64,000 nucleotides of DNA from an uncultured Candidatus Saccharibacteria bacterium (GCA_964631145.1 CAZVXT010000001.1:319361-383360), one strand, 5' to 3'. Shown: positions 29,537 to 39,942, counted from the first letter of the stretch. Notes: generated from the sequence alone by a model not told the origin. Numbers and translations: made by a program.

Positions 29537-29962
29537 ATGGATAAGATTTTTTTTCAAAAATTATCAGAAAATGCCACTTTGCCCACGAGAGGAACTAAAG
29601 AATCTATAGGTTTGGATTTGTATTCTGCGCACGATCTGGTTATTAATCCTGGGAAATACCAATTAGTTAAAACTGGATTGGCTTTAGCGGTTCCGGCAGG
29701 ATATTATGGGCGCATTGCTGCCCGTTCTGGTTTGGCTGTAAAATTTGGTATAGATACTTTGGCTGGTGTGGTAGATAGTGATTATAGAGGTGAGTTAGGG
29801 GTGGTGTTGATAAATCATGGAAGTCAAGATTTTATTATTAATGTTGGTGACAGAATTGCCCAGTTAATTATAGAAGCTGTGGCATTTTTAGAACCAGAAT
29901 GGAACAATGATCTGTCTGATAGTGCACGAGGACAAAATGGTTTCGGGAGCACTGGCAAATAA
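29537..29962 (+). CDS. dut: dUTP diphosphatase
   Basis: RSGLA, GVVDSDYRGE, RIAQL, RG.NGFGSTG. Confidence 0.98.
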   Translation: MDKIFFQKLSENATLPTRGTKESIGLDLYSAHDLVINPGKYQLVKTGLALAVPAGYYGRIAARSGLAVKFGIDTLAGVVDSDYRGELGVVLINHGSQDFIINVGDRIAQLIIEAVAFLEPEWNNDLSDSARGQNGFGSTGK

Positions 29963-29965
29963 TTT

Positions 29966-31726
29966 ATGAAAATATTTAAAAAAATAACTCAATTATCAGC
30001 TTTATTATTACTTGGGTTTGTATTTATATACTCTCCTGTATTTGCTCAAAATGACGAAAATAATACAGAGATTGGTACGGGTATAACAGATGCTTATGAG
30101 AATATAGAATCAATTAGAAATTACGATACTAGTATTGATGTATCACCTGACGGCACTATGTCTGTTGTTGAAAATATAGAGTATGATTTTGGTAATTTAG
30201 AAAAACACGGGATATACAGAAATATTCCTTATGCCTATAAAGCCCGTGGGGGTAACTTTAAGTTACGTTTTTCTGATTTTAAAGTGACCGATCCTAACGG
30301 TGTTGATTATAACTTTGATAAATATACAGAGGGTAGTGAGATTGTTTTAAAGATTGGAGATCCTGACAAAACTATTACCGGGCGACATGTATATGTTATT
30401 AGTTATAAAGTAAAAAGAGCTATAAACTTTTTTGCAAATGACCATGATGAATTGTATTGGAATATCATAGGCACTGGATGGCAGGTGCCTATATTAAAGG
30501 CGCAATCAACGGTTAATATGCCGGCAAACATTACTAAATCGGTATGTTATACAGGTATTGTTGGTTCCACTGCATCAAATTGTAGCATTCTCCCGCAAAG
30601 TGATAATCAGGTGATTGTCCGCAGTAGTAGCGTTTTGAATGCATCAGAAGGTTTAACGATGGTTATTGCAATTCCTTTTGGTAGCATTGCGCAGCCAACC
30701 ACAGCCGAAAAAATTAAAGACATAGTATACGATAATGGTATATTGGCTTTGCCTTTAGTTATTTTTATCATCATGTTTTTAATATGGAGGAAAATCGGTC
30801 GCGATGCTAAAGGTAGAGGAGTTATTGTGGCTCAGTATGAGGCTCCGGAAGGATTGTCTCCTATGCAAGTCGGAGCTTATTTAACAGGACGGGTAAGCAA
30901 TATCCATCTTTCAGCGGAGATCATTAATTTGGCTGCAAATGGTTATATCAAGATTAATCGTCTAGAAAAGAAAAGTTTTTTTTGGTCCCAGCCAGATTAT
31001 GAATTTATCAAAATAAAAAAACCGACTAAAATATATCATAATAGTGTAAAATTATTTGAAAGCTTATTTCAGACAGGCGATAGTGTTAAACTTTCGGATT
31101 TGAAAGATGATAAATTATTTATTGCAGATATAGAAAAAGTAAAAGATGCCTTAACTGAAGAAATGGATAAGGCTAAAATTTATAAGTACAATCCGTTTAA
31201 TGTTAGGTTTTTAATTATTTTTGTAGCATTCTTTTTATTTGTGTTCGGGTTGATACTGTTAGGTAGTTTGTTTGGGGCTTATGGAGTTTTGTCGGTATTT
31301 ATATCCTTTATTATTGCTTTAATATTTGGAATTATTATGCCTGCTCGAACTAAATTAGGGGCAGAAATACAAGAACTAATTTTAGGGTTTAAAAAATATT
31401 TAAGCGTTGCAGAGGCGGATAGGATAAATTTTCATAATGCACCCGAAAAAACACCAGAAAGATTTGAAGCTTTGTTGCCATTTGCGATGGCTTTAGGTGT
31501 GGAAAAACAATGGGCAAAGCAATTTGAAGACATTTATAAACAAAATCCATCATGGTATAGCGATGGTTCTGGGAATATGTTTAGTGCTACGGCTTTTGCG
31601 AGTTCTTTAACAGAAGTAAGTTCTAATTTTCAATCTACTATGACTACTTCCTCAGATGGGGGCAGTGGATTCTCTGGGGGTGGAAGTGGTGGTGGAGGAG
31701 GCGGTGGCGGAGGAGGAAGTTGGTAA
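29966..31726 (+). CDS. DUF2207 family membrane protein
   Basis: Signal peptide, HGIYR.IP, ELYWN..G, LPFAMALG, Gly-rich GGGGGSW end. Confidence 0.92.
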   Translation: MKIFKKITQLSALLLLGFVFIYSPVFAQNDENNTEIGTGITDAYENIESIRNYDTSIDVSPDGTMSVVENIEYDFGNLEKHGIYRNIPYAYKARGGNFKLRFSDFKVTDPNGVDYNFDKYTEGSEIVLKIGDPDKTITGRHVYVISYKVKRAINFFANDHDELYWNIIGTGWQVPILKAQSTVNMPANITKSVCYTGIVGSTASNCSILPQSDNQVIVRSSSVLNASEGLTMVIAIPFGSIAQPTTAEKIKDIVYDNGILALPLVIFIIMFLIWRKIGRDAKGRGVIVAQYEAPEGLSPMQVGAYLTGRVSNIHLSAEIINLAANGYIKINRLEKKSFFWSQPDYEFIKIKKPTKIYHNSVKLFESLFQTGDSVKLSDLKDDKLFIADIEKVKDALTEEMDKAKIYKYNPFNVRFLIIFVAFFLFVFGLILLGSLFGAYGVLSVFISFIIALIFGIIMPARTKLGAEIQELILGFKKYLSVAEADRINFHNAPEKTPERFEALLPFAMALGVEKQWAKQFEDIYKQNPSWYSDGSGNMFSATAFASSLTEVSSNFQSTMTTSSDGGSGFSGGGSGGGGGGGGGGSW

Positions 31727-32352
31727 TGAAGTTTATAAAGTTAGGACACTCATGTGTGTTAATAGAAGATGGTCAGAATAAAATACTAATTGACCCGGGT
31801 ATTTATAGTAGTGTACAAAACATTGAACCGGATATAATTTTGATCACTCATGTTCATACAGATCATATAGATCTGCAAAATAATTTGCAATTATTACAAA
31901 GGTGCTCAAATATTATTACCAACACCGAAGTTTCTGCTGAGTTAAAGAAACATAATATTGATGCGGTTGTGGTAGAAGATGGACAGTCTATTAATGTTGT
32001 TGGTTTTGAAATAAAGGGTATCGGTAGAGATCATGCTATAATTCATTCTCAGTTGCCAAAATTTATGAATACCGGGTATATGATTAATAATAAGATTTTT
32101 CATCCCGGCGATGCCTTAACTGTACCGGAGAATACTAATCTCGAAGTCTTGTTATTACCTATAGTTGCACCTTGGAGTAAGATATCAGAAACTCTAGATT
32201 ATATGGATATGGTAAAGGCAAAGACTTTTATACCAATCCATGATGGGTTTCTAAATGATGGCGGGGCATTTTATAGATTTGCCAAAATGTGGGCGGAAAA
32301 AAATAATTCTAAATTGTTAGAAGTAAAAAACTTTCAAACTTATGAGCTATAA
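31726..32352 (+). CDS. Metallo-beta-lactamase fold hydrolase
   Basis: GHSC, IDPG, THVHTDH, HPGD, PIHD. Confidence 0.92.
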   Translation: MKFIKLGHSCVLIEDGQNKILIDPGIYSSVQNIEPDIILITHVHTDHIDLQNNLQLLQRCSNIITNTEVSAELKKHNIDAVVVEDGQSINVVGFEIKGIGRDHAIIHSQLPKFMNTGYMINNKIFHPGDALTVPENTNLEVLLLPIVAPWSKISETLDYMDMVKAKTFIPIHDGFLNDGGAFYRFAKMWAEKNNSKLLEVKNFQTYEL

Positions 32353-32806
32353 TTTTATATTAATTCCTTTGATTTCAATTGCTGTGGCTTATCTGTATAA
32401 AAAATATACAGCTAGTAATTTTTTAAAATGGTATCAATCATTAAAAAAACCTTTGTGGTTACCAGGCGATAAAACTATATATGAGGCGTTGTTGTTTGTT
32501 TACGCCTTATTTGTAATAGGTGTTATGTGGTTTTGGAATATTCCAGCTTTTACTTGGTGGCATTACATTTTTTTGGCAGTTATTTCAGTATTCATACTCT
32601 CAAGTTTGATGTGGGTTAAAATGTATTTTGAAAAGAATAGCCCTAACGCTGCAAAAAAATATTCCAACTATATAATATATTCTTTAGTTATATTGTTAGT
32701 GGTAATAGTGGTTAAATCTTTAATAACAATACCTTTAGTAATGCCGTTTATGTTAACCGTATATTTAATTTTAAAGTCAGCCCATAAAACACATGAAAAT
32801 AAGTAA
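32342..32806 (+). CDS. TspO/MBR (CrtK-like) tryptophan-rich membrane protein, divergent
   Basis: WYQSLKKPLWLP signature and about 5 TM helices. Confidence 0.7.
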   Translation: MSYNFILIPLISIAVAYLYKKYTASNFLKWYQSLKKPLWLPGDKTIYEALLFVYALFVIGVMWFWNIPAFTWWHYIFLAVISVFILSSLMWVKMYFEKNSPNAAKKYSNYIIYSLVILLVVIVVKSLITIPLVMPFMLTVYLILKSAHKTHENK

Positions 32807-33890
32807 AAACATAATCAAAATTATTTTTGTTTTTTTAATCGTCGGATTTTTTATTCCTCATTATTTTGTTTCGGCTCATGTGCCTGTGATGGAGCCGATA
32901 GTTGAGTCTCAGTTATCTAATTACGCTTTATATTTTAAAGCTGTAAAAATAGATGACCCTATAAAAAAATCTCAAGCAATATATGGGAGACTTTCAGGTC
33001 TTGATGAATTTGATGTATATGCATTTACAGCAGAATCTGACGCACAAATCCCAGTTTCTGTATTAGTTCCTAATTTAAAAGCTAATAGTTTATTGCAACC
33101 TCAGTTATACATTGTTGCTAAAGATTTAACTGACACGGATAATAGTTTGCAATTACCTTTCGAACTACCTCAGGGTTATAAAGTAAAAAAATATAATTGG
33201 GATCAACAAAATAAATTAACTTTTGAACCATATAGCCTAGAACGTTTGAGATCAAGCAAGGAAGTATCATTAAATGTTCATAAAAATCAAAATTATTTTT
33301 TGGTAGTTAAAGATTCTAATCATCAAATAGGGAATTATGTTTTAGCAGTAGGGGATGCAGAAAATTTTTCTGGAATTAGTCCGGTACATTTATTTTCTAA
33401 TTTAGCATTAATAAAATTAGGTTTATATAGCAATACCAATATTCCTTGGTTAAATATATTGGGCTTATTTCTTTTTATTGCTGGTTTTATTGTAGGTTTG
33501 GGTGCAGTAACAGTGATTGATTTTATAGGTTTTTTGGGAAGAAAATCATCTTATTGGACTGAAGTTGCTATTAAAGCCCACCATGTTACTAAACCTTTAA
33601 TTTGGCTTGGGATATTATTATTGGTCGTTGGAGCTGGTATTACTTATAGAGATAGTTGGCTAAGCGAGGTAGCTTTATTTCAATCAATTTTAATTTTAAT
33701 ATTAATAATTAATGGTTTGTTTTTAAGTTTTTATATTAGTCCTAGATTAAATAAACTGGAAAAGGATGGCGAGGCGGATAAATTATTGCCAAAAAATATG
33801 CAATTAAAAATCTTTATCTCCTTTATAATTTCATTTCTTGGATGGTGGTTAAATCTAGTATTTTTGGTCTGGTATATATTAATTCAATAA
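32793..33890 (+). CDS. Membrane protein with extracellular beta-sandwich (PPC-like) domain and 4 C-terminal TM helices
   Basis: Signal peptide, DEFDVYAF..GNYVLAVG, hydrophobic C-terminus. Confidence 0.65.
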   Translation: MKISKNIIKIIFVFLIVGFFIPHYFVSAHVPVMEPIVESQLSNYALYFKAVKIDDPIKKSQAIYGRLSGLDEFDVYAFTAESDAQIPVSVLVPNLKANSLLQPQLYIVAKDLTDTDNSLQLPFELPQGYKVKKYNWDQQNKLTFEPYSLERLRSSKEVSLNVHKNQNYFLVVKDSNHQIGNYVLAVGDAENFSGISPVHLFSNLALIKLGLYSNTNIPWLNILGLFLFIAGFIVGLGAVTVIDFIGFLGRKSSYWTEVAIKAHHVTKPLIWLGILLLVVGAGITYRDSWLSEVALFQSILILILIINGLFLSFYISPRLNKLEKDGEADKLLPKNMQLKIFISFIISFLGWWLNLVFLVWYILIQ

Positions 33891-33893
33891 TGT

Positions 33894-35372
33894 ATGGATA
33901 AAAAATTAAACATTGTTATCATAGGTTCTGGATTCGGAGGACTGTCTTCTGCTGCGCTGCTTGCTAAAGATGGACATAAGGTTACAGTTTTAGAAAAAAA
34001 TGATATGCCAGGAGGAAGAGCTAGGGTTTGGAAAAAGGATGGATTTGTTTTTGATATGGGTCCATCTTGGTACATGATGCCAGAAATTTTTGATAATTAT
34101 TTTGCAAAATTTAACAAAAAAACTTCTGATTATTATTCCATTAAGAGGCTTGATCCTTCATACAGAGTTTTTTTTGGTAAAGATGATTTTGTAGATATAC
34201 CAACTGATGTAAATAAAACTAAAGCTTTATTTGAAAGTATTGAAGCAGGTAGTGGTCAAAAGTTGCAAGAATATTTGGATCAAGCTAAATATCAATATGA
34301 GGTTTCGATGAAGGAATTTATTTATAAAGATTATAATTCTATTTTCGATCTTTTTAATTGGCGAATGCTTTCTGAGGGACGCAAATTGCATGTATTTGAT
34401 ACATTGGCTAAATTTACTCGTAGATATTTTAAGAGTGAAAAGCTTCGCAAAATTTTAGAGTATAGTATGGTATTTCTGGGTGGCGCTCCTAATAATACTC
34501 CGGCAATATATTCTGTTATTAACCATGCGGATTTGAATTTGGGTGTTTGGTATCCGATGGGTGGTTTTGGAAAAGTAGTAGAATCTTTTGTAAAGTTAGG
34601 CGATCAATTTGGGGTGAAGTATATTTATAACAGCCCTGTGACTGACTTCGAATATAAAGATAATAAAATTGTTTCTGTAAAATGTGGTGATCGTTTTTAT
34701 GATGCAGATGTGGTCATAAATAATGCTGATTATTATCACATGGACCAGCAGCTTTTAGATCCTAAATTTAGAGATTATTCTCCAACTTATTGGGGCAAAA
34801 GAACTGTCGCTCCATCTGCATTTATTTTGTATGTCGGGTTAAATAAAAAGTTAAAAAATATTGATCACCATACTTTATTTTTAGATGAAGATTGGGTAGA
34901 ACACTTTAACACTATATTTAGTAATCCTGACTGGCCTCAGCACCCTTCGTATTATGTTTGCTCCCCGTCAGTTTCGGATCCGTCAGTAGCTCCGGAAGGT
35001 TATGAAAATTTGTTCTTCTTGGCACCTATTGCCTCTGGATTAGAAGATAACGAAGAAATACATAAACACTTAAAAGAAAATATTTATAGCAGATTCGAAA
35101 ATATTACAGGTCAAAATATTAGAGATAGTATAGTAGTAGAAAGAATTTTTTCTGGGCAAGATTTTACAGAAAGCTATAATGCATTTAAAGGAACTGGTTT
35201 GAGTTTGGCTCATACATTGATGCAGACTGCATATTTTCGTCCGAGAATGAGATCAAAAAAACTCTCTAATCTTTATCATGTTGGGCATTATACTCAACCC
35301 GGTGTGGGGGTTCCTATGGTCGTTATTTCTGGAGAAATAGTAGCTAATAAAATTTTGAATGAACAAAAATAA
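33894..35372 (+). CDS. crtI: Phytoene desaturase
   Basis: IIGSGFGGL, GGRA, FDMGPSWY, YPMGG, HTLMQT, PGVGVPMVVISG. Confidence 0.95.
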   Translation: MDKKLNIVIIGSGFGGLSSAALLAKDGHKVTVLEKNDMPGGRARVWKKDGFVFDMGPSWYMMPEIFDNYFAKFNKKTSDYYSIKRLDPSYRVFFGKDDFVDIPTDVNKTKALFESIEAGSGQKLQEYLDQAKYQYEVSMKEFIYKDYNSIFDLFNWRMLSEGRKLHVFDTLAKFTRRYFKSEKLRKILEYSMVFLGGAPNNTPAIYSVINHADLNLGVWYPMGGFGKVVESFVKLGDQFGVKYIYNSPVTDFEYKDNKIVSVKCGDRFYDADVVINNADYYHMDQQLLDPKFRDYSPTYWGKRTVAPSAFILYVGLNKKLKNIDHHTLFLDEDWVEHFNTIFSNPDWPQHPSYYVCSPSVSDPSVAPEGYENLFFLAPIASGLEDNEEIHKHLKENIYSRFENITGQNIRDSIVVERIFSGQDFTESYNAFKGTGLSLAHTLMQTAYFRPRMRSKKLSNLYHVGHYTQPGVGVPMVVISGEIVANKILNEQK

Positions 35373-36189
35373 CTACGCTCGCAGTATTTTTAAAAAAAGC
35401 AGCACAACCTTTTTTATATCTACATTATTTTTTCCTCGTGATAAACAAAATGATGTATTTGATTTGTATGCATTTGTAAGAATATTTGATAATTTTGTAG
35501 ATACAATTCCTCAGCAGTCAGATGATTATTATTCTTTAAAGAAGCACTATTATCAATCTTTGGCATCAGGTCATTGTGAGAATCAAATTATAAATAATTT
35601 TATAAATTTACAAAACCATTATAAGTTTGATCAACCTTGGATAGATGCATTTTTTGTTTCCATGGAAATGGATCTTAAAGATTATAAGTACCAACATTTC
35701 TCCGATACAGAAAAATATATGTTTGGATCAGCTGAAGTAGTTGGTTTAATGATGGTAAAAATTTTAGATTTATCTGAGCAATCATATTTATACGCACAGT
35801 TATTAGGAAAAGCTTTTCAGTACATGAATATGATTAGAGATATTGCAGAAGATCAAACATTTGGTAGAACTTATATTCCACTTGATATTTGCTTGCAGTA
35901 CGGTCTATCAGATTTATCATATATAACGGCACAGCACAATCAAACTGGTTTTGTAAAATTAATCAGGCAAGAAATAACTAGATATTATAGTATTGTTGAA
36001 GAAGCGGAAAAAGGGTTTAAGTTTATTCCTAATAACTATCTGGTTGCGATAAAAACTGCAGTAGACTTATTTAATATGACTATGAATAAGATTTATAAAG
36101 ATCCAATGATCGTTTATAAGACAAAAGTTAAGCCAACAAAATTGCAGGCAACTGCATATGGGATTAAAAATTATATTACGCATGCATAA
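35359..36189 (+). CDS. crtB: Phytoene synthase
   Basis: S.TF, LYAFVR..DNFVD, SAEVVG, LG.AFQ..NMIRDIAED..GRTYIP. Confidence 0.93.
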   Translation: MNKNNYARSIFKKSSTTFFISTLFFPRDKQNDVFDLYAFVRIFDNFVDTIPQQSDDYYSLKKHYYQSLASGHCENQIINNFINLQNHYKFDQPWIDAFFVSMEMDLKDYKYQHFSDTEKYMFGSAEVVGLMMVKILDLSEQSYLYAQLLGKAFQYMNMIRDIAEDQTFGRTYIPLDICLQYGLSDLSYITAQHNQTGFVKLIRQEITRYYSIVEEAEKGFKFIPNNYLVAIKTAVDLFNMTMNKIYKDPMIVYKTKVKPTKLQATAYGIKNYITHA

Positions 36190-37237
36190 ATTTTTTGAAA
36201 ATAATAAACTCAAATTAGCCAAAAAAATTGATACAGTCATAACTGGAGATATGGCAAAGTGGGCTAAAATTAATCTATGGGCAAATAATTCATTGCCTTT
36301 ATTAGCAGAGTTTTCTAAACGGGGGAAATTAATAAGAGGCTTATTAGTTTTATTAGCTGCTCAAGAGGGAACAAAAACAAGTCCCGCAGCTTTGGATATT
36401 GCTTCTTGTATAGAAATTATGCATTCTAGTATTTTGGTGCATGATGATATTATGGATCGAGATCTTTTGAGAAGAGGGAGTCCAACTTTACATGCTTACT
36501 TTGCTGATAGATCTGTTAGTAAGCTTGGTAAGGAATCTCTTCATCATGGAGAAAGTTTGGCGAGTTGCATTGCAATCATTGGTTATTTTATTGCAATGGG
36601 TAGATTTTCTAAAATCAAAGATAAAGATCAAAAAGATTTATTAATCAATCTATATTCAGAAGAGATGGCTTTATTGGGTATGGCTCAGATGTCCGATGTG
36701 ACTTTAGCAGAGGATGATAAGGCTTCAGAGTCAGATGTGTTAAAAGTTTATGAGCAAAAGACTGGTAGATATACATTCGGGCTTCCGCTTTTGTCAGGGT
36801 TTATCTTGGCAGGAAAATATTCAAAAAGACTGCATAAGCAAGTGTTGGAAATGTCTATTCATCTTGGGATAATTTTTCAATTAAAAGATGATATGTTGGG
36901 TATATTTGGAGATTCTAATCAAACAGGTAAGTCTGTGGGTGGTGACATTAGAGAACGAAAAAAGACATTGCTGTATTTTGAGCTTATAAAAGCAAGTACC
37001 AACTTAGAAAAGTCTAAATTATTAAGTTTGTATAACAGTGGCAAACCTTTAAGCGAAATCAATCAAAAATTTGTTTATAGTCTTTTTAAAAAATATGATA
37101 TTGAAAAAAAAGCTGAAGCAAGATTGGACTTTGAATATCAAAAAGTAAACAAATTTTTACCTTCGCTTCCATTTTCTAAAATAGGGGAAGAAGCTTTTAA
37201 AGATCTTGTTAAATATTTATTAACTCGTAGTAAATAA
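36182..37237 (+). CDS. crtE: Polyprenyl (probably GGPP) synthase
   Basis: GKLIR, HDDIMDRDLLRRG, KTG.Y, FQLKDD, GKSVGGDIRE. Confidence 0.88.
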   Translation: MHKFFENNKLKLAKKIDTVITGDMAKWAKINLWANNSLPLLAEFSKRGKLIRGLLVLLAAQEGTKTSPAALDIASCIEIMHSSILVHDDIMDRDLLRRGSPTLHAYFADRSVSKLGKESLHHGESLASCIAIIGYFIAMGRFSKIKDKDQKDLLINLYSEEMALLGMAQMSDVTLAEDDKASESDVLKVYEQKTGRYTFGLPLLSGFILAGKYSKRLHKQVLEMSIHLGIIFQLKDDMLGIFGDSNQTGKSVGGDIRERKKTLLYFELIKASTNLEKSKLLSLYNSGKPLSEINQKFVYSLFKKYDIEKKAEARLDFEYQKVNKFLPSLPFSKIGEEAFKDLVKYLLTRSK

Positions 37238-38073
37238 TGAATTTAAGTACATTTATAAAAATTTCCAGACCGAGATTTTGGTTATATAGTGCTGGGACTT
37301 TCTGGGTCGGGGCGATAGCAGGAGCTACTTACTTATCAGATTTATATGATTTTAGGCTGCTACTTTTTTTGGCATATTTTTTATTACCTGCAAATTTATT
37401 TATTTACGGAGTTAATGATTTGGCTGACGGAGATACTGATCAATATAATGATAAGAAAAATGTTCAAGAGCATTTACTTAAGCAAACAGAGCGTAGATTT
37501 TTGATTTTAACTGTTGTTCTATCTTTGCTATTAGGATTTGTTGTGATATATTTTTCTCCAAATTTATTAACCCAACAATTAATTTTCATATTTCTATTTT
37601 TAGCTTTTTGGTATAGTGTCCCACCATTAAGATTTAAAGCTAAGCCTATCGTAGACGCATTGAGCAATATTCATTATGCAGTAATTGGTTTTGCATCTTA
37701 TGCTTATTTTACTAATCATCTTCCCCCATGGTGGAGTATTATTGCGGCGCTTCTGTGGACTGCTGCCATGCAAATATATTCTGCAATTCCAGATATTCAA
37801 AGCGACAAACAGGCAAAATTGTATACAACAGCGATTTGGTTAGGAGAAAAATACTCCATGTATATTTGTTTAATTTTTTGGCTGACATGTAGTATCTTAT
37901 TGTATATAAATTTTTCAACTCTTTTATCTTTGTTATCTTTGTTGTATCCAGTTTATATTATTTGGCAGTTGGTAAAAAAAATTCCCATCAAACAAGTTTA
38001 CTGGTTTTATCCTTACATTAATGCCATCATGGGTTTCGTGTTATTTTGGTATTTGGTCTTCCAAAAAATATAA
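37237..38073 (+). CDS. UbiA-family prenyltransferase, probable lycopene elongase (CrtEb/LyeJ-like)
   Basis: SRPRFWLY, IYGVNDLAD.DTD..N.KK, YSVPPLRFK, AIPDI..D; crt operon context. Confidence 0.85.
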   Translation: MNLSTFIKISRPRFWLYSAGTFWVGAIAGATYLSDLYDFRLLLFLAYFLLPANLFIYGVNDLADGDTDQYNDKKNVQEHLLKQTERRFLILTVVLSLLLGFVVIYFSPNLLTQQLIFIFLFLAFWYSVPPLRFKAKPIVDALSNIHYAVIGFASYAYFTNHLPPWWSIIAALLWTAAMQIYSAIPDIQSDKQAKLYTTAIWLGEKYSMYICLIFWLTCSILLYINFSTLLSLLSLLYPVYIIWQLVKKIPIKQVYWFYPYINAIMGFVLFWYLVFQKI

Positions 38074-38076
38074 AAT

Positions 38077-38104
38077 AAAAAAGTCCCAATATTGGGACTT
38101 TTTT
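38077..38104. terminator. Bidirectional terminator between the crt operon and rpmB
   Basis: aaaaaagtcccaatattgggactttttt. Confidence 0.85.
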
Positions 38105-38273
38105 ATTTACTGCGAGCTTTCATGCAGCTTGTGCAAGCTTTTACTCTGTTACCATCTTCGCTTCTCATCCATTGTAAGTTTGGTTGTAAACGCTTAATAG
38201 AAGAGCGCATACTGTGAGAACGTTTGATTGTTTTAGAGTAAGTCTTACCGCAGACGGTACACATTCTTGGCAT
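38103..38273 (-). CDS. rpmB: 50S ribosomal protein L28, Zn-binding form (not in the ORF track)
   Basis: Hand translation MPRMCTVCGK...RSHSMRSSIKRLQPNLQ...ACTSCMK, 56 aa. Confidence 0.95.
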   Translation of the reverse strand: MPRMCTVCGKTYSKTIKRSHSMRSSIKRLQPNLQWMRSEDGNRVKACTSCMKARSK

Positions 38274-38382
38274 ATAGTTATAACTTTTTGCTAAACCTGC
38301 GGCTCTTGCGTCAGGCTTTAATCAATAGTAAAATACTTGATAAGTATAATATACTTTATCAAAAAAAGCAAGGGAGGAAATT

Positions 38383-38811
38383 ATGGAAATTTTGCAGGAT
38401 TTAGGTTCATTTGGTAGCTTATTAGCTGTATTGGCAATTGTTTTATGTTTTGTGATATTGATATTTGCACAAGGTTCAAAATTTATGTTGCTAGATATTA
38501 TTGAATATTTAGAGAATGGATATTTTACTTTAGAGGCTGAAAATGAATCTTATGTGAATATAAGCATAGGGCGTATTAAGCTAATCTATAAGTCAAAATC
38601 TCAAAAAGAAGTTTTTGAATTCTTTAGCATTGGATGCGATAATCATTCTTATATTTATTTTGAAAACGGAACATTTAATAAATTTGTAGATAATAATAAT
38701 CAAGTAAACCCTGAAATAATTGGCAACTTAGAAGCCAAAGCTTGCCATCTTAGAAATTTATTTTTAGAAAAAGTTGCTAAGTCTAACTCTAAAAATATGA
38801 TTATCAGCTAA
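38383..38811 (+). CDS. Hypothetical membrane-anchored protein
   Basis: GGGAGG SD, N-terminal TM helix. Confidence 0.7.
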   Translation: MEILQDLGSFGSLLAVLAIVLCFVILIFAQGSKFMLLDIIEYLENGYFTLEAENESYVNISIGRIKLIYKSKSQKEVFEFFSIGCDNHSYIYFENGTFNKFVDNNNQVNPEIIGNLEAKACHLRNLFLEKVAKSNSKNMIIS

Positions 38812-38818
38812 TTGTTTT

Positions 38819-39148
38819 ATGGCAATCGAAGTATATCAATCGTTGCGCGTCATATCGATAGCGTTTGCATTGCAAACACTATTGTCTCTGTTGTTAGTGT
38901 CTATGACTTTAGTCTTAGCTTTTGGTTTGGGTGTATTTAGGAATATGGTTTTGCCTTCTATTTACTCATTAATAAAATATTCAATATTAAACTTCGCAGG
39001 TTTTTTATTTGCTGCAGTTATAATTTTGATGTTTAAAATTATGTGCTACATAGATGAGGGCAATTATATTTATTTAGGATCATTTTTATTCTTTTTTAAT
39101 CCAATAGTTATGATGTTTTTTTATCTTTATAACTATAAAAAATTATAG
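38819..39148 (+). CDS. Hypothetical 3-TM protein
   Basis: Hydrophobic ORF followed by a terminator. Confidence 0.6.
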   Translation: MAIEVYQSLRVISIAFALQTLLSLLLVSMTLVLAFGLGVFRNMVLPSIYSLIKYSILNFAGFLFAAVIILMFKIMCYIDEGNYIYLGSFLFFFNPIVMMFFYLYNYKKL

Positions 39149-39223
39149 TCTTACTAAAATGTAAGACTTTTTTGTTTTTTATTATACTAATAAAAAATTT
39201 GTTAAATATGCTAAAATAATTCT

Positions 39224-39859
39224 ATGGATATAATTATTACAATAGTAATTTTACTTTTTTCAGCGATAATTCACGAAATCATGCATGGTTTAGTGGCAGA
39301 AAAAATGGGCGATAGTACTGCTCGTGATGCCGGTAGAATTACTCTTAACCCAATATCTCACATTGATCCATTTGGCTCAATTTTGTTACCGACATTAATG
39401 TACTTAACTTCACTGCCTTTAATTTCTGCTGGTACAATTAGTCATCCAATTTTATTAGCATTCGCCAAGCCTGTTCCGGTTAACTTTGCAAGACTACAGC
39501 CTCAACGTTTGGGTATGGCATTGGTGTCTTTGGCTGGACCATTAAGTAATTTTATTTTAGCTATAATTTTTATACTTCCTTATCGGTTTGGTATCGTCAC
39601 TGGAGTAGTTGGGGAGTATTGGCTACAAGCGAGTTTGATAAATATTGTTTTGGGAACCTTTAATTTATTACCTATACCGCCACTGGATGGAAGTAAAATT
39701 GTTGCATCATTTTTACCATATTCTTTAATGAATAAACTGCTAGATCTGGAGCGCTTTGGATTTATTTTGGTAGTAATTTTTATGGCGCTAGGTTTGCTGG
39801 ATAAAATATTGTATCCGGTTGTATATCTCTTTATGAAAATCTTTGGTTTAGTGATATAA
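39224..39859 (+). CDS. Site-2 protease (M50 family)
   Basis: HEIMH, AKPVPVN, AGP.SN, FNLLPIPPLDG. Confidence 0.95.
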   Translation: MDIIITIVILLFSAIIHEIMHGLVAEKMGDSTARDAGRITLNPISHIDPFGSILLPTLMYLTSLPLISAGTISHPILLAFAKPVPVNFARLQPQRLGMALVSLAGPLSNFILAIIFILPYRFGIVTGVVGEYWLQASLINIVLGTFNLLPIPPLDGSKIVASFLPYSLMNKLLDLERFGFILVVIFMALGLLDKILYPVVYLFMKIFGLVI

Positions 39860-39942
39860 AAGCACTTTGCATAATGCATTGATGCATGAATTTTATTTAA
39901 TTTCATAAAAATAAAAAAGCAAGTTTTTAACTTGCTTTAAAT

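Noticed and set aside
31655-31726. GGN-rich tandem repeat or G-quadruplex
   Set aside because: Explained by the standard poly-Gly C-terminus of DUF2207 proteins.
29537-39859. Rhodopsin/retinal system linked to the crt genes
   Set aside because: No 7-TM opsin with a retinal-binding Lys motif, and no lycopene cyclase or blh in the window.
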